64,000 nt of DNA from Malacoraja senta (lineage: Eukaryota): assembly GCA_038087875.1 (NCBI GenBank), contig CM075990.1, positions 16,308,001-16,372,000 on the forward strand. Reading direction: 5' to 3'. Positions 12,874-25,683 of the stretch are shown one piece after another. Below the pieces are notes generated by a model. It saw nothing but the letters and a program-made list of their open reading frames with translations. It did no database searches and was not told where the DNA came from. Position numbers and translations under genes: made by a program. How positions within the stretch are numbered: the first letter of the stretch is position 1; every line of letters begins with the position of its first letter.

Positions 12874-12974
12874 TTTATTGTTGGACGGGATGGAGTGTGT
12901 GGTTTGGTTTATGAGCATTCACCATCAGAAGGGATTGCTGTTATACAATGTGCCGAACATCTACTTTGCTACAT
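12874..12974 (+). CDS. chat: ChAT coding exon 8 with catalytic His ([31 protein letters not shown])
   Basis: ctgcag|TTT, AT|gtatgt, 101 bp; catalytic His codon CAT at 12916-12918. Confidence 0.95.
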
Positions 12975-13309
12975 GTATGTTATCGATTTCTGGCTATTTG
13001 TACTCATTCCTGTTTTATATAAAAATCAAACTCAGGAAAGGATTTGCTGTTTACAAGAGAGAATAGATGGGCAATGGAGATGCAAGAATCTGTTTCTAAA
13101 GGAGCAGAACATCTTTTGATTTGCCAGCAATTCCCTTACCGCAATGCAGAGAAAACGTCCTTGAAGCCATGATTTATTCAGCTCACGGTGTGAATCTCTG
13201 ATCATCCGTTTTCAAGTTGTTTGGAAATTTCAATGGTTTGGCATCTATTATTGCCATGCAACTTTTAAACTCAGGATTTCCCCATTCCCTCGCTCTCTTT
13301 GATACTGTA

Positions 13310-13795
13310 GGGCCCCATTATCATGCGTCCATTGGTATGCTGGGGACCCATTTGCATATCTCCAATGCTATACTGGGGACCCATTTCCATATACCCAATG
13401 CTATACTGGGGACCCATTTGCATATACCCAATGCTATACTGGGGACCCATTTGCATATACCCAATGCTATACTGGGGACCCATTTCCATATACCCAATGC
13501 TATACTGGGGACCCATTTGCATATATCCAATGCTATACTGGGGACCCATTTGCATATACCCAATGCTATACTGGGGACCCATTTGCATATACCCAATGCT
13601 ATACTGGGGACCCATTTCCATATACCCAATGCTATACTGGGGACCCATTTGCATATACCCAATGCTATACTGGGGACCCATTTGCATATACCCAATGCTA
13701 TACTGGGGACCCATTTGCATATACCCAATGCTATACTGGGGCCCCATTCCCATATACCCAATGCTATACTGGGGCCCCGTTCCCATGCTGGGGAC
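13310..13795. repeat. 33-bp minisatellite, ~13-14 copies (GGGGACCCATTTGCATATACCCAATGCTATACT)
   Basis: Head-to-tail near-identical units with no spacers, in the chat intron between exons 8 and 9. Confidence 0.95.
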
Positions 13796-14300
13796 TTCTT
13801 GTTTGTGCCAGACCAGGTAAAGACAGCAGATTTTCCAAAAGGGATGTACTAACAATCTGCCAGTTCTACAATCATGAACTATCCCAACGTTTAAGAAGCA
13901 GTTAGACAGGTGCATGGATAGGACAAGTTTGGAGGGATATGGAGCACAGGCGGGCAGGTGGGGCTAGTGTAGCTGGGACATGCTGGCCGGTGTGGGCAAG
14001 TTGGGCTGAAGGGCCTGTTTCCACGCTGCATCCCTCTATGACTGTACATACTAACTCCACAGATTTTGGCAGCATAGCGGTGCATCCATGTGTCATCATC
14101 CATGTCACACCCGTTGTCATGTTACTCCCTCATCCTTACTCACAGTCTCCCCTTCTATCCATTCCCTCAACTAACTGAACTGAAATACAACTGCTGCTGG
14201 TGTAAGATTTAACCTGTGTCTCCAGATCGCTAGCTTGCCTGGTACTGTATTTTAGACCACTAGTTCTGAGTATTTTAAATACATGTGATCCACCTTCCAG

Positions 14301-14429
14301 TAAAGAGACAGCAAGGAGGCCGGTCAGAGCAGACTCTCTGTGTGAGCTGCCTTCTCCTCGAAGACTGAGATGGAAGTGTGGCCCCGAAATCCACAGATGC
14401 TTAGCCTCAGCAGCTGAAAAACTTCAAAG
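14301..14429 (+). CDS. chat: ChAT coding exon 9 ([26 protein letters not shown]...AEKLQ)
   Basis: ttccag|T, AG|gtaggc, 129 bp; [12 protein letters not shown] is ChAT-specific. Confidence 0.95.
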
Positions 14430-14477
14430 GTAGGCAGCAGATTCTATGATATTAAACGAGAATTTAGTTGTGAAGAG

Positions 14478-14709
14478 TGGATCAGTGGCAGAGCTGGTCG
14501 AGCTGCTACTTCACAACGCCAGAGACCCGGGTTCGATCCTGACCACAGGTGCTGTCTGTGTGGAGTTTACACATTCTTACTGTGACCGAATGAGTTTCCT
14601 CCGGGCGCTCCGGTTTCCTCCCACACCCCGAAGGCACAAGTACTTGTAGGTTAATTAGCCTCTGTAAATTGCCCCTTGAGTGTAGGGAGTGGATGAGAAA
14701 GTGGGATAA
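14478..14709 (+). mobile_element. tRNA-derived V-SINE/HE1-like SINE, 5' part (3' part resumes at ~17417-17498)
   Basis: A/B-box head (GGTTCGATCC) and conserved core; breaks at gggataa and resumes at ataacatagaact. Confidence 0.8.
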
Positions 14710-15389
14710 GTGGTGAAATCATTGGACAAAGTCAGCATGGATTTACGAAAGGTAAATCATGTCTGACGAATCTTATAGAATTTTTCGAGGATGTAACCAG
14801 TAGAATGGATAGGGGAGAACCAGTGGATGTGTTGTATCTGGACTTTCAGAAGGCTTTCGACAAGGTCCCACATAAGAGATTAATATACAAACTTAAAGCA
14901 CACGGTATTGGGGTTTCAGTATTGATGTGGATAGAGAACTGGCTGGCAAACAGGAAGCAAAGAGTAGGAGTAAACGGGTCCTTTTCACAATGGCAGGCAG
15001 TGACTAGTGGGGTACCGCAAGGCTCAGTGCTGGGACCCCAGCTATTTACAATTTATATTAATGAACTGGATGAGGGAATTGAAGGCAACATCTCCAAGTT
15101 TGCGGATGACACTAAGCTGGGGGGGCAGTGTTAGCTGTGAGGAGGATGCTAGGAGACTGCAAGGTGACTTGGATAGGCTGGGTGAGTGGGCAAATGTTTG
15201 GCAGATGCAGTATAATGTGGATAAATGTGAGGTTATCCACTTTGGTGGCAAAAACAGGAAAGCAGACTATTATCTAAATGGTGGCCGATTAGGAAAAGGG
15301 GAGATGCAGCGAGACCTGGGTGTCATGGTACACCAGTCATTGAAAGTAGGCATGCAGGTGCAGCAGGCAGTGAAGAAAGCGAATGGTAT
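14710..15389 (+). mobile_element. CR1 LINE RT fragment, 5' half of a 5'-truncated + copy
   Basis: [26 protein letters not shown] motifs; +1 frameshift in a 7-G run near 15120. Confidence 0.93.
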
Positions 15390-16770
15390 ACATAGATACA
15401 TAGAAAATAGGTGCAGGAGTAGGCCATTCGGCCCTTCGAGCCTGCACCGCCATTCAATACGATCATGGCTGATCATCCAACTCAGTATCCCGTACCTGCC
15501 TTCTCTCCATACCCCTTGATCCCTTTAGCCACAAGGGCCACATCTAATTCCTTCTTAAATATAGCCAATGAACTGGCCTCAACTACCCTCTGTGGCAGAG
15601 AGTTCCAGAGATTCACCACTCTCTGTGTGAAAAAGTTTTTCCTCATCTCGGTCCTAAAGGATTTCCCCCTTATCCTTAAGCTGTGACCCCTTGTCCTGGA
15701 CTTCCCCAACATCGGGAACAATCTTCCTGCATCTAGCCTGTCCAACCCCATAAGAATCTTGTACGTTTCTATAAGATCCCCTCTCAATCTCCTAAATTCT
15801 AGCGAGTATAAGCCAAGTCTATCCAGTCTTTCTTCATATGAAAGTCCTGACATCCCAGGAATCAGTCTGGTGAACCTTCTCTGCACTCCCTCTATGGCTA
15901 TAATGTCCTTCCTCAGATTTGGAGACCAAAACTGTACGCAATACTCCAGGTGTGGTCTCACCAAGACCCTGTACAACTGCAGTAGAACCTCGCTGCTCCT
16001 ATACTCAAATCCTCTTGCTATGAAGGCCAACATACCATTCGCTTTCTTCACTGCCTGCTGCACCTGCATGCCTACTTTCAATGACTGGTGTACCATGACA
16101 CCCAGGTCTCGCTGCATCTCCCCATTTCCTAATCGGCCACCATTTAGATAATAGTCTGCCTTCCCGTTTTTGCTACCAAAGTGGATAACCTCACATTTAT
16201 CCACATTATACTGCATCTGCCAAACATTTGCCCACTCACCCAGCCTATCCAAGTCACCTTGCAGTCTCCTAGCATCCTCCTCACAGCTAACACTGCCCCC
16301 CAGCTTAGTGTCATCCGCAAACTTGGAGATGTTGCTTTCAATTCCCTCGTCCAGATCATTAATATAAATTGTAAATAGCTGGGGTCCCAGCACTGAGCCT
16401 TGCGGTACCCCACTAGTCACTGCCTGCCATTGTGAAAAGGACCCGTTTACTCCTACTCTTTGCTTCCTGTTTGCCAGCCAGTTCTCTATCCACATCAATA
16501 CTGAACCCCCAATACCGTGTGATTTAAGTTTGTATCCTAATCTCTTATGTGGTACCTTGTCGAAAGCCTTCTGAAAGTCCAGATACAACACATCCACTGG
16601 TTCTCCCCTATCCACTCTACTAGTTACATCCTCGAAAAATTCTATAAGATTCGTCAGACACGATTTACCTTTCGTAAATCCATGCTGACTTTGTCCAATG
16701 ATTTCACCACTTTCCAAATGTGCTGCTATCCCATCTTTAATAACTGACTCTAGCAGTTTCCCCACTACCC
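15390..16770 (-). mobile_element. CR1 LINE, 5'-truncated, open RT C-terminal ORF plus 3' tail, inserted antiparallel into the + copy
   Basis: Open frame from VVGKLLES to GEKAGTGY*; (TATCTATG)n tail at 15390-15403. Confidence 0.93.
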
Positions 16771-17416
16771 TGTTAGCTTTCATAGCAAAAGGATTTGGGT
16801 ATAGGAGCAGGGAGGTTCTACTGCAGGTGTACAGGGTCTTGGTGAGACCACACCTGGAGTATTGCGTACAGTTTTGGTCTCCAAATCTGAGGAAGGACAT
16901 TATTGCCATAGAGGGAGTGCAGAGAAGGTTCACCAGACTGATTCCTGGGATGTCAGGACTTTCATATGAAGAAAGACTGGATAGACTCGGCTTATACTCG
17001 CTAGAATTTAGGAGATTGAGAGGGGATCTTATAGAAACTTACAAAATTCTTATGGGGTTGGACAGGCTAGATGCAGGAAGATTGTTCCCGATGTTGGGGA
17101 AGTCCAGGACAAGGGGTCACAGCTTAAGGATAAGGGGGAAATCCTTTAAGACCGAGATGAGAAAAAACTTTTTCACACAGAGAGTGGTGAATCTCTGGAA
17201 CTCTCTGCCACAGATGGTAGTTGAGGCCAGTTCATTGGCTATATTTAAGAGGGAGTTAGATGTGGCCCTTGTGGCTAAAGGGATCAGGGGGTATGGAGAG
17301 AAGGCAGGTACAGGATACTGAGTTGGATGATCAGCCATGATCATATTGAATGGCAGTGCAGGCTCGAAGGGCCGAATGGCCTACTCCTGCGCCTATTTTC
17401 TATGTATCTATGTATC
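16771..17416 (+). mobile_element. CR1 LINE, 3' half of the + copy
   Basis: LAFIAKGF continues the ANGM ending at 15389; ends in ttctatgtatctatgtatcta tail. Confidence 0.93.
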
Positions 17417-17661
17417 TATAACATAGAACTAGGGTAATCGCTGGTCAGCGTGGACTCAGTGGGCCTATTTCCATGCTGTATCTTTAAACTAAACTAAATA
17501 GTAATTAGCACTGTCTCTAAGTTGGTTTGCTCAGTTTGTCATTACTCGGGTGAAGATTTCCATAATTGCTAATTTGTCATAACTGAGTCTGTACAAAATG
17601 AGTCTTGAGAAATGGCAACGTTAAATGCATGTTAGAGATCAGTAACGTTACATTTTTCCAG

Positions 17662-17784
17662 GTTGATAGAAAACACAGACTTAAACATATATCGGCTGAA
17701 GGCTCTTGGTAAAGACTTTATCAAGAAACAGAAGATGAGCCCTGATGCCTTTATCCAGGTTGGTTTGCAGCTGTCTTTTTACAG
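17662..17784 (+). CDS. chat: ChAT coding exon 10 (LIENTDLN...[25 protein letters not shown])
   Basis: ttccag|G, AG|gtgagt, 123 bp; CoA-binding GKxFIKKxKxSPD motif. Confidence 0.95.
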
Positions 17785-19420
17785 GTGAGTTTGTGTAATG
17801 TTTATGGAACTTCACTAACCCTCAGTGCACACTAGTCTCACTGCATGTTAGAAACAATATAAATGGCATTGCCTGTTTGGATTCATCAAACATTTTCTTC
17901 TCACCAATCATGTCAAACAATGTATAATCATGCCTCTGCCAAATGTATTTGATTTCTTACACACATTATTTCAGAATACCTTCCCCATCACTCAAAATAA
18001 GTGGCAATAAAATTATTCTTCTTTGATTTATTTTTTCCATAAGATGAAGCTGCTACATTACAACAGACAACATGGTCTTCCAATTTTTGTTATTGTTGCT
18101 TAAAGAGTCATAGAGCACGGAAACAGGCCCTTTAACCAAACTTATCCATTACAGTCAGGTTTTATAACTGAGCTTGCCCTATTTGCCTGTTTGACCCATA
18201 TCCCTCTAAACGTTCAAACGTCTGAAAAAGGGTCTCGACCTGTAATGTCTCCCATTCCTTCTCTCCAAAGATGCTGCCTGCCCTGCTGAGTAACTCCAGC
18301 ATTTTGTGTCTATCTTCCCTCTAAACCTTTCCTATCCGTGCACCTATCATAGAACATAGAACATAGAACAGTACAGCACATGAACAGGCCCTTTGGCCGG
18401 CAATGTCCGGGCCAAACATAATGCCAAGACCATCTCCAAGAGTGGTGAGTCTGTGGAATTCTCTGCCTCAGAGGGTGGTGGAGGCCGGTTCTCTGGATGC
18501 TTTCTAGAGAGAGCTAGATAGGGCTCTTAAAAATAGCAGAGTCAGGGGATATGGGGAGAAGGCAGGAACAGGGTACTGATTGGGGATGATCAGCCATGAT
18601 CACATTGAATGGCGGTGCTGGCTCGAAGGGCCAAATGGCCTACTCCAGCACCTATTGTCTATTGTCTATCTCCTATCTACCTGCAGATAATCCATATCCC
18701 TCCATTCCATGGAAATCCATGTGCCTATCCAAAAGTCTCTTTAATGCCACGATCTTATCTGCTTGAACCACCACCCTCGACAGCATATTCCAGGAACTCA
18801 CCACCCTCTTTGTGAAAACGTTGCCCCACGCATCTCCTTTAAACTTTGGCCCTCTCACCTTAAAGCTAATGTATGCTCTCCAATATTTGATTATTCTATC
18901 CTGGGAAAAAGATCTGTCTATCTTATCTATACCTCTCATAATTTTACAAACTTCTATCTTGTTTCCCTGCAACCTCTCTAGAGGTCTAAATATCTGTTAA
19001 ACATCGCTATTGCACTTGGCGCTACAACTTTCTCAGATAACTCTTTCCATATATTACCACTCTCTGCGTGAAGAAATTGCCCCTCAGATCTCTTTAAAAT
19101 CTTTCCCCTCTCACCTTAAAGCCTCCAGTAACTTCAGGTCACGGAGCTTTGACCAGAGTCTAACTGAGGCCATGGAGCTAATGTTCAAGGCCAGCAAGAT
19201 AAGTATTCTGCAGACATATTTAGTGAGTCCAAGCATGGGAAGATGGCGGGGCCAATCTGTTTATCAGCAAGAATGTTTGGTGTGACTTAGCAGGATCATC
19301 ACCGAGCATTTACATTGACTGGATAACTTTAATACTCATGCACAGATTACTGAGGGGACATTGATGGTGGGATGTCTCCAGCAAGAGCCAGGCTCAAGAA
19401 CCATTGTGATTTGTGAAGTA

Positions 19421-19752
19421 TCTCCCTGACTATCCCGCGGTCTAGGTTTAAGCTCAGGGGTGAGCACGCTTTTGCGGTTGCAGCACCTAGACTGTGGAAC
19501 AGCGTCCCACTCCTCATCAGAACTGCCCCCTCCATCGACTCATTTAAATCGAGGCTCAAAACCTATTTCTACTCCCTAGTGTTTTTTGAGTCCCTCTGAG
19601 GGGGCGCTGTAAACAGTTTATGTATGTATTATTAGGTCTGTGTAACATTGTATGTAGCACATTAGTACCTGCACTGATGTACAGCACTTTGGTCAACGGG
19701 AGTTGTTTTTAAATGTGCTATAGAAATAAAATTGATTGATTGATGATTGATT
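19421..19752 (+). mobile_element. L2-clade LINE 3' end
   Basis: RGEHAFAVAAPRLWNSVP...FKSRLKTYF; AATAAA and (TTGA)n tail. Confidence 0.75.
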
Positions 19753-21687
19753 CACCTCAAAGCTGCTTCACTCCCATGAAAGCCCTAAAGCTTCCCACTC
19801 AGCTAGAAGCTGTCCACTTCAACAGCATTGGCTGTGCCCAATATTGCTCTGTGTTCAAAATGAGGAAACAAACTCCATTCCTGATGCAACGACAGGCTCC
19901 TTACCCGGGCTGAGTCAAATCATTCCGACATAATTTCAGCGCACATGGGCACTCAATGCAAGTTTGAGGAATGGTCCCGACCCGAAACGTCACCTATCCA
20001 TTTTCTCCAGTGATGCTGCCTGGCCCGCTGGGTTACTGCACCATTTTGTGTCTATCCGCCGTTCCTTTTTATAACATATCATCTCAGCACATTTGCAAAA
20101 CGGGATGCTTTCGGAACACATGGATAATTCTTGTCTGAGAACGCACAACTTCTATTGGTTTCAACATGAAGTTCCCCGACACACTAGAGGCTGTCGATGC
20201 TGGAATCTCGCGCAATAAACAAAATGCTGGAGGAACTCGAGGGTTAGGCAGCATCTGTGGGGGGAATAGGACATATAATGTTTCAGGTCAAGACCTTTCT
20301 TCGGACTGGCCTGACCTGAAACGTTGGCTGTGTTTTTCCTTCCATAGATGCTGCCTGACCGACTGACTTCCTCCAGTTTGCTCAACATTTAGCCCCATCT
20401 TTACACTCAATTGATTCCAATCTTTTATAATCTCAGCTGTTTTTTGCTCCAATCATTAAGCTATGCTGTTTGGCAAATTATATGATATTACAAGCAGTCT
20501 CTTCAGAATCATTTTTGTTTGGGATGAATAGCAGGAGGCTTTTAACAGATGCTTCCCAGAACCTTATTAGTTATTATTTACGTGCCAGATATTTTGGTGT
20601 TTATCTTCACTTACTATTTTTCAATGCCAAACCAATTGACAGTCCAATTAACTAATATTCAAAGAATTCCATGAGGTTTTACAACAGCATTTGAGAAAGT
20701 CTCAACTAAGTGGGTTGGTGTCGTTAAATTATACCCTCCAGTTGCATGGTTACTGTTTCACAGAGCAGCAGTAGATGTGTTTGGCACTAAATCAATGCCA
20801 CAGGGAAAGTAGGAGCATGGAAACAATTGTCCTGCAGGGCGGTGCTGTGGTAGAGTTGCTGCCTTACAGCATCAGAGACCCCGGTTCGATCCTGACTACG
20901 GGTGCTGTCTGTACGGAGTGTGTAGGTTCTCCCTGTGAGAGCGCGGGTTTTCTCCGGGATCTCCGGTTTCCTCCCGCACTCCAAAGACGTGCGGGGTTGT
21001 AGTTTAATTGGCTTCGATAAAAAATAAATATAAATTGTCCAGAACCAAGAGCCAGGAGAGTGTTTTCTTGTCATGTGTCCCAGATGGAACAACAAAATTC
21101 TTGCCTGCTGCAGCACAACAGAATATGTAAACGTAGTACACTGTAAACAATATGATAAACGAGAGAGAAAGAAAAAGTGCAGTGTGTAAACAGTTTAAGA
21201 ATCCAGAACTAGGGGGTCACACAGTTTAAGAATAAGAGGTAGGCCATTTAGGACAGAGATGAGGGAAAAAAATGTCACCCAAAGTTGTGAATCTGTGGAA
21301 TTCTCTGCCACAGAATGCAGTGGAGGCCAATTCAATGGATGTTTTCAAGAGTTAGGTTTGATCTGTCTGTTTTATTGTTTCTCTTACATAAATGATAACT
21401 ACTCTACTTCTTTCACAGTCCATTCTACCAGCCTCTCCCAGTTTGTATGTACCCTTATCCTGACCCGAAATGTCGCCCATTCCTTCTCTCCAGAGATGCT
21501 GCCTCACCCGCTGAGTTACTCCAGCATTTTGTGTCTACCCTTATCCTGTTGACTGCCTTTTTTCCCCCAAAATAATTCTGCTTAATGTTCACCATAGTTT
21601 TGGTTCGACTGCATTCCATTGTTTTCCATAAGGATGTTGCCTTGTACTTTAAAAATGGTTTCATTAAAAAGCATTTTATTTTTCCAG

Positions 21688-21829
21688 GTGTCATGGGAGA
21701 CTGGTCCACACTTACGAAAGTGCCTCTGTTCGCTGTTTCCACGAAGGAAGAGTTGATAATATCCGATCAGCAACGAAAGAGGCTCTTGATTTTGCAAAGG
21801 GGATGATCGATGGAAGAGCCTCAATCTCA
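21688..21829 (+). CDS. chat: ChAT coding exon 11 (CHGRLVHTYESASVRCFHEGRVDNIRSAT...)
   Basis: ttccag|G, TCA|gtgggt, 142 bp; choline-type VDN motif at 21752-21760 (carnitine enzymes have TET/TDT). Confidence 0.95.
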
Positions 21830-23984
21830 GTGGGTCTTCTTCTCTATGTTCTCGACTCTAGTTTGTCAGACTTTCTTTCTTTACAGTACACAATGACTTC
21901 TCTCTCTTTCTGCCATCCCGCCCACTCCCTCCTCTCATCATTGGGAACAGATCCGTGCTGGCTTTCCCTGTTTGTGTGCGATTCCACTCACAACTTTGTT
22001 TTCCAACGGCAGTTCAAATACTTCTGCAAAGATAGGAGAAAGCAAGATGCTTTGCATTAAGCACTTGAATATTAATATCACCCATCACATGAACAATGTT
22101 GCAACAGTCTTCATTTTTCTGCTTACCCACATAAATATATTTTTTCCTATGCATATCAAAATTTCTTCCTGTTTGATAATTTTTCTGTCATGGTATCCAT
22201 TGCCATTTTTTTTTAATACTTTGGTACTGTGGTATCGAAATTCTGTGGAAAATATGTTGATTTATTCCAGTCACTGCTATGAGTTAGTGCTCATAAAACG
22301 CTATAGTGGTTATATTACTGGAGTAATTTCGAGTGACAGAGACTGCTAATTTGGTGCCAAGGGTTCAAGTCCCACCACAGTGGCTGGAGAATCAAAATTT
22401 GTAAGTTTGTAAATGAAAAATGCAGAGTTCTTGAAACCCATTATGTTCATTGATATCCTTCAGAAAAAGAGATGATCCGTTTAAAGGTGATGCCAAGCCC
22501 ATTGCACTTTGATTAACAATCACCTTTGCATTGAAGCAAACTGGGCAGCAAGGGGTGGGTTATAAATAAATATGGAAAAGCACAGCACAGGAACAGGCCC
22601 TTCGGCCAGGCATGTCTACACTGACCAAATTCAACTAATCTCACCTGCTTTCATAGGGTCTGCATCCCTCTGTTCCCTGCCCTTTCTGGTGTCTGTCTAA
22701 ATGCCCCATGAACATTGCTTCCACCATCCCTTGAGGCAGTGCAGTGCAGTACATTGCAGACATCCACCACCCTATGTCGGGATAACAGAAAACCTGCCTG
22801 GAAAATCTCCTTTGAACTTTCCCCTCTCACCTTAAACATATTGCCTCTAACATTTGACATCTCCACGCTGGGGAAAAAGACTGCCTACCCTTCCTATGCC
22901 TCTCGTCCATTTATATGCGATGTTCCCAAGAAAATAATCAAAGTTTGTCCACTCTCTCCTGATTGTGAATGCACTCCAATCCAGGCAACATCCTGGTGAA
23001 CCTCTTTTGTACCTTCTCCGAATCCTTCCTCTAGTGTGGTAACCAGAAATGCACACAATCCTCCAATTGGTAGCCGTCCACATCAGAAGAATTAATTAAT
23101 TTGTTTTAATTAATTTTAAAAATGTTTCCATTTGTTTCAAGTATCTCTGGGAGCAGGTGTGTGTGTGTAATGGAATTATTTAGTTTAGTTTAATTTATTA
23201 CTCTCATCTGTACCGAGGTACAGTGAAAAGCTATTTTGTTGCGTGCTATTAAGTCATCAAAAAGACTACACATGATTACAATCACGCCGTCCACAGTGTA
23301 CAGATGCAGCATAAAGGGCACAACATTTAGTGCAAGATAAATTCCAGTAAAGTCCGATTAAAGATAGTTTGAAGGTATCCGGTGAGGTAGATGGGAGGAC
23401 AGGACCGCTCTCTAATTGGCGATAGGTCCGTTCAGTTGCCTGATAACAGCTGGCAAGAAACTGGCCCTGAACCTGGTGGTATGCATTTTCAAACATCTTG
23501 GCTAATGGGAGAGACCGGGGTGAGACTCATCCTTGATTATGCTGGTAGCCTTGCTGAGGCAACGTGAAGTGTAGAATGAAGTCAATGGTGCGTGCTTCAT
23601 AAGTTATAGGAGCAGAATAAGGCCATTCGGCCCATCAAGTCTACTCCGCCATTCAATCATGGCTGATTTTCTTCCCCTCTCAACCCTATTCTCCTGCCAT
23701 CTCCCCTTCACCCCTGACACCCGTACTAATCAAGAATCTGTCAATTTCCATCTTAAAAATATTTATTGAGTTGGCCTCCATAGCCGCCTGCAGCAATGAA
23801 TTCCAGTGCATTGCTGAGTGAAGAAAATAAGGCAAATGGACGAACGATAAGCATGAGTGAGATTGTGTACCCTGACATCTGAGTGAAATGTTGCATGTTT
23901 AAGTAGAAGGAGGTGGGAAGGTGGAGTCTTTGTATTACACTCTTCTTCAAGCTGATATATGGTACTAACCTCCTTTGAATTCAG

Positions 23985-24047
23985 GACTCAAGGAAGATGG
24001 AGCTTCTCTGGGCTGCAGTCGACGCACAGATCAATTACACTGTTCAA
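23985..24047 (+). CDS. chat: ChAT coding exon 12 (DSRKMELLWAAVDAQINYTVQ)
   Basis: Consensus branch point TACTAAC at 23963-23969, ttcag|GAC, CAA|gtaagt, 63 bp. Confidence 0.9.
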
Positions 24048-25039
24048 GTAAGTGGAAATAATTTCAGTTTCAAATGCCGCATTAGCAAATTAAAAGTTTT
24101 ATTGATTATGTCTTTCATGGTCTAATTAATTAATTAGTTGCATTAACAGTGGAGCAAAGTACTTTCATGAGTTGTTCAATAAATTATCTTCCAGTTTTTA
24201 ATTTTTCATATCATTCTGCAGCAGAGAAGCAAAGAGTGTTATTTATGATCTGAAGGCAAGGGGAAAAAAAATCCATATTTTAAAATAATATCATAACGGC
24301 AGGACTAGTTCCTGTGTCAATGTTTCAATTTATTAAGGCTCAGCAGTTTTACATTCACTGATAAATCTATTTTGGGACATATATAATTTTGGGTCAGAAA
24401 ATGTGGTATCTATTTCTCAGTAATAATTCAAATCTCTGATAGTCAATGTCACAAATTGTTAGCAGTTGAAAACACAACTAGGTGACATGTTTGACTTGGT
24501 TCCAAATTAAAGGATGTAAATTTGGGAAGAGCTACATTTAACTTATGTTAGCGTTTTCTTCAAACCAAAAGGCTGCACCATCACAAACGGGCCTTTGGAA
24601 ATTCTTCAGTATCATTCACATCATTTACAAACGGCATCAGCATTAAGGAGATGGCATACGTGGATGAACAATTCTCTTACACTGACAGCTATCACTTCGA
24701 TAACACTAGGGAGCTTAGTAATAATTGATAGAGAAGCAGTAACGATGACAAAAATAACCTCAATGTTTCACTTTCAAAATTCATCTGGTAATCCTGACTG
24801 TTTCTGGCCCTGGTCCATATGCTTTTTGTTTCATCAAACTTCTGTGGTAAAGCTTCAGGTTTCTCTCCTAATCTTTCCTAACCTGATGCTTTACTAACCT
24901 GATGCACCCCAAATGTGTGGCTAATTCTTGCTGAGCTTTTTTTTTAATTTCTGAATGGCCTATCCTCAAGGCCCTAGAGTTTATATTTGATATTACTTTA
25001 TATAAAATAACTACTTTCCAATTTTGGTCTATGTTCCAG

Positions 25040-25177
25040 ACTATTACGGGAATGGCAATTGACAATCACTTACTTGGACTGCAGGAGATGGCGAAAGAAC
25101 TACAGATGGATTTACCGAAACTATTCACGGATAAAACATACCTGATGAGCAACAATTTCCTCCTCTCCACCAGCCAG
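25040..25177 (+). CDS. chat: ChAT coding exon 13 ([14 protein letters not shown]...FLLSTSQ)
   Basis: ttccag|ACT, CAG|gtcatt, 138 bp; IDNHLL (ChAT-type Asn) and STS motif. Confidence 0.95.
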
Positions 25178-25683
25178 GTCATTGTTTACATGCTCTTAAT
25201 CGCCAGCATTCTCCGTGTGGTGTTTGCATGTTTTCCATTTCTCTCCCACATCCCAAGGAAGTGCAGTTAGCAGGGTTAATTGTGAATCATCCCGAGGGTG
25301 GGAATGAGTGGTAGAATCTGGAGGGAGCTGATGGGAATGTGGAAAGGATAAAAATGGGAAAAGGTAGGATTGGTGTAAAAGAAGTGTAAAAAAGAACTGC
25401 AGATGCTGGTTAAAATCGAAAGTGGACACAAAATGCTGGAGTAACTCAGTGGCTGAGGAAGCATCGCTGGAGAGAAGGAATGGGCGATGTTTCGAGCCGA
25501 AACGTCGCCCATTCCTTCTCTCCAGAGATGCTGCCTCACCCGCTGAGTTACTCCAGCATTTTGTGTCTACCTACCATTAGTGTAAGAGAAATGGGTGTTT
25601 GATGATGAGTGTGGACTCAATGAGCTGAAGGACTTGTTTCATGCTCCGTATCTCTACAACTAGAAATGTTCATTCCTCCACAG

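Noticed and set aside
13310..13795. CRISPR-like array or repetitive protein ORFs
   Set aside because: Units are contiguous with no unique spacers, the context is a eukaryotic intron, and the ORFs arise because the 33-bp unit lacks stops.
15482..16933. 483-aa RT ORF as an intact gene
   Set aside because: Chimeric: the first ~54 aa are the antisense reading of the neighbouring + CR1 piece; the element is 5'-truncated and lacks the endonuclease.
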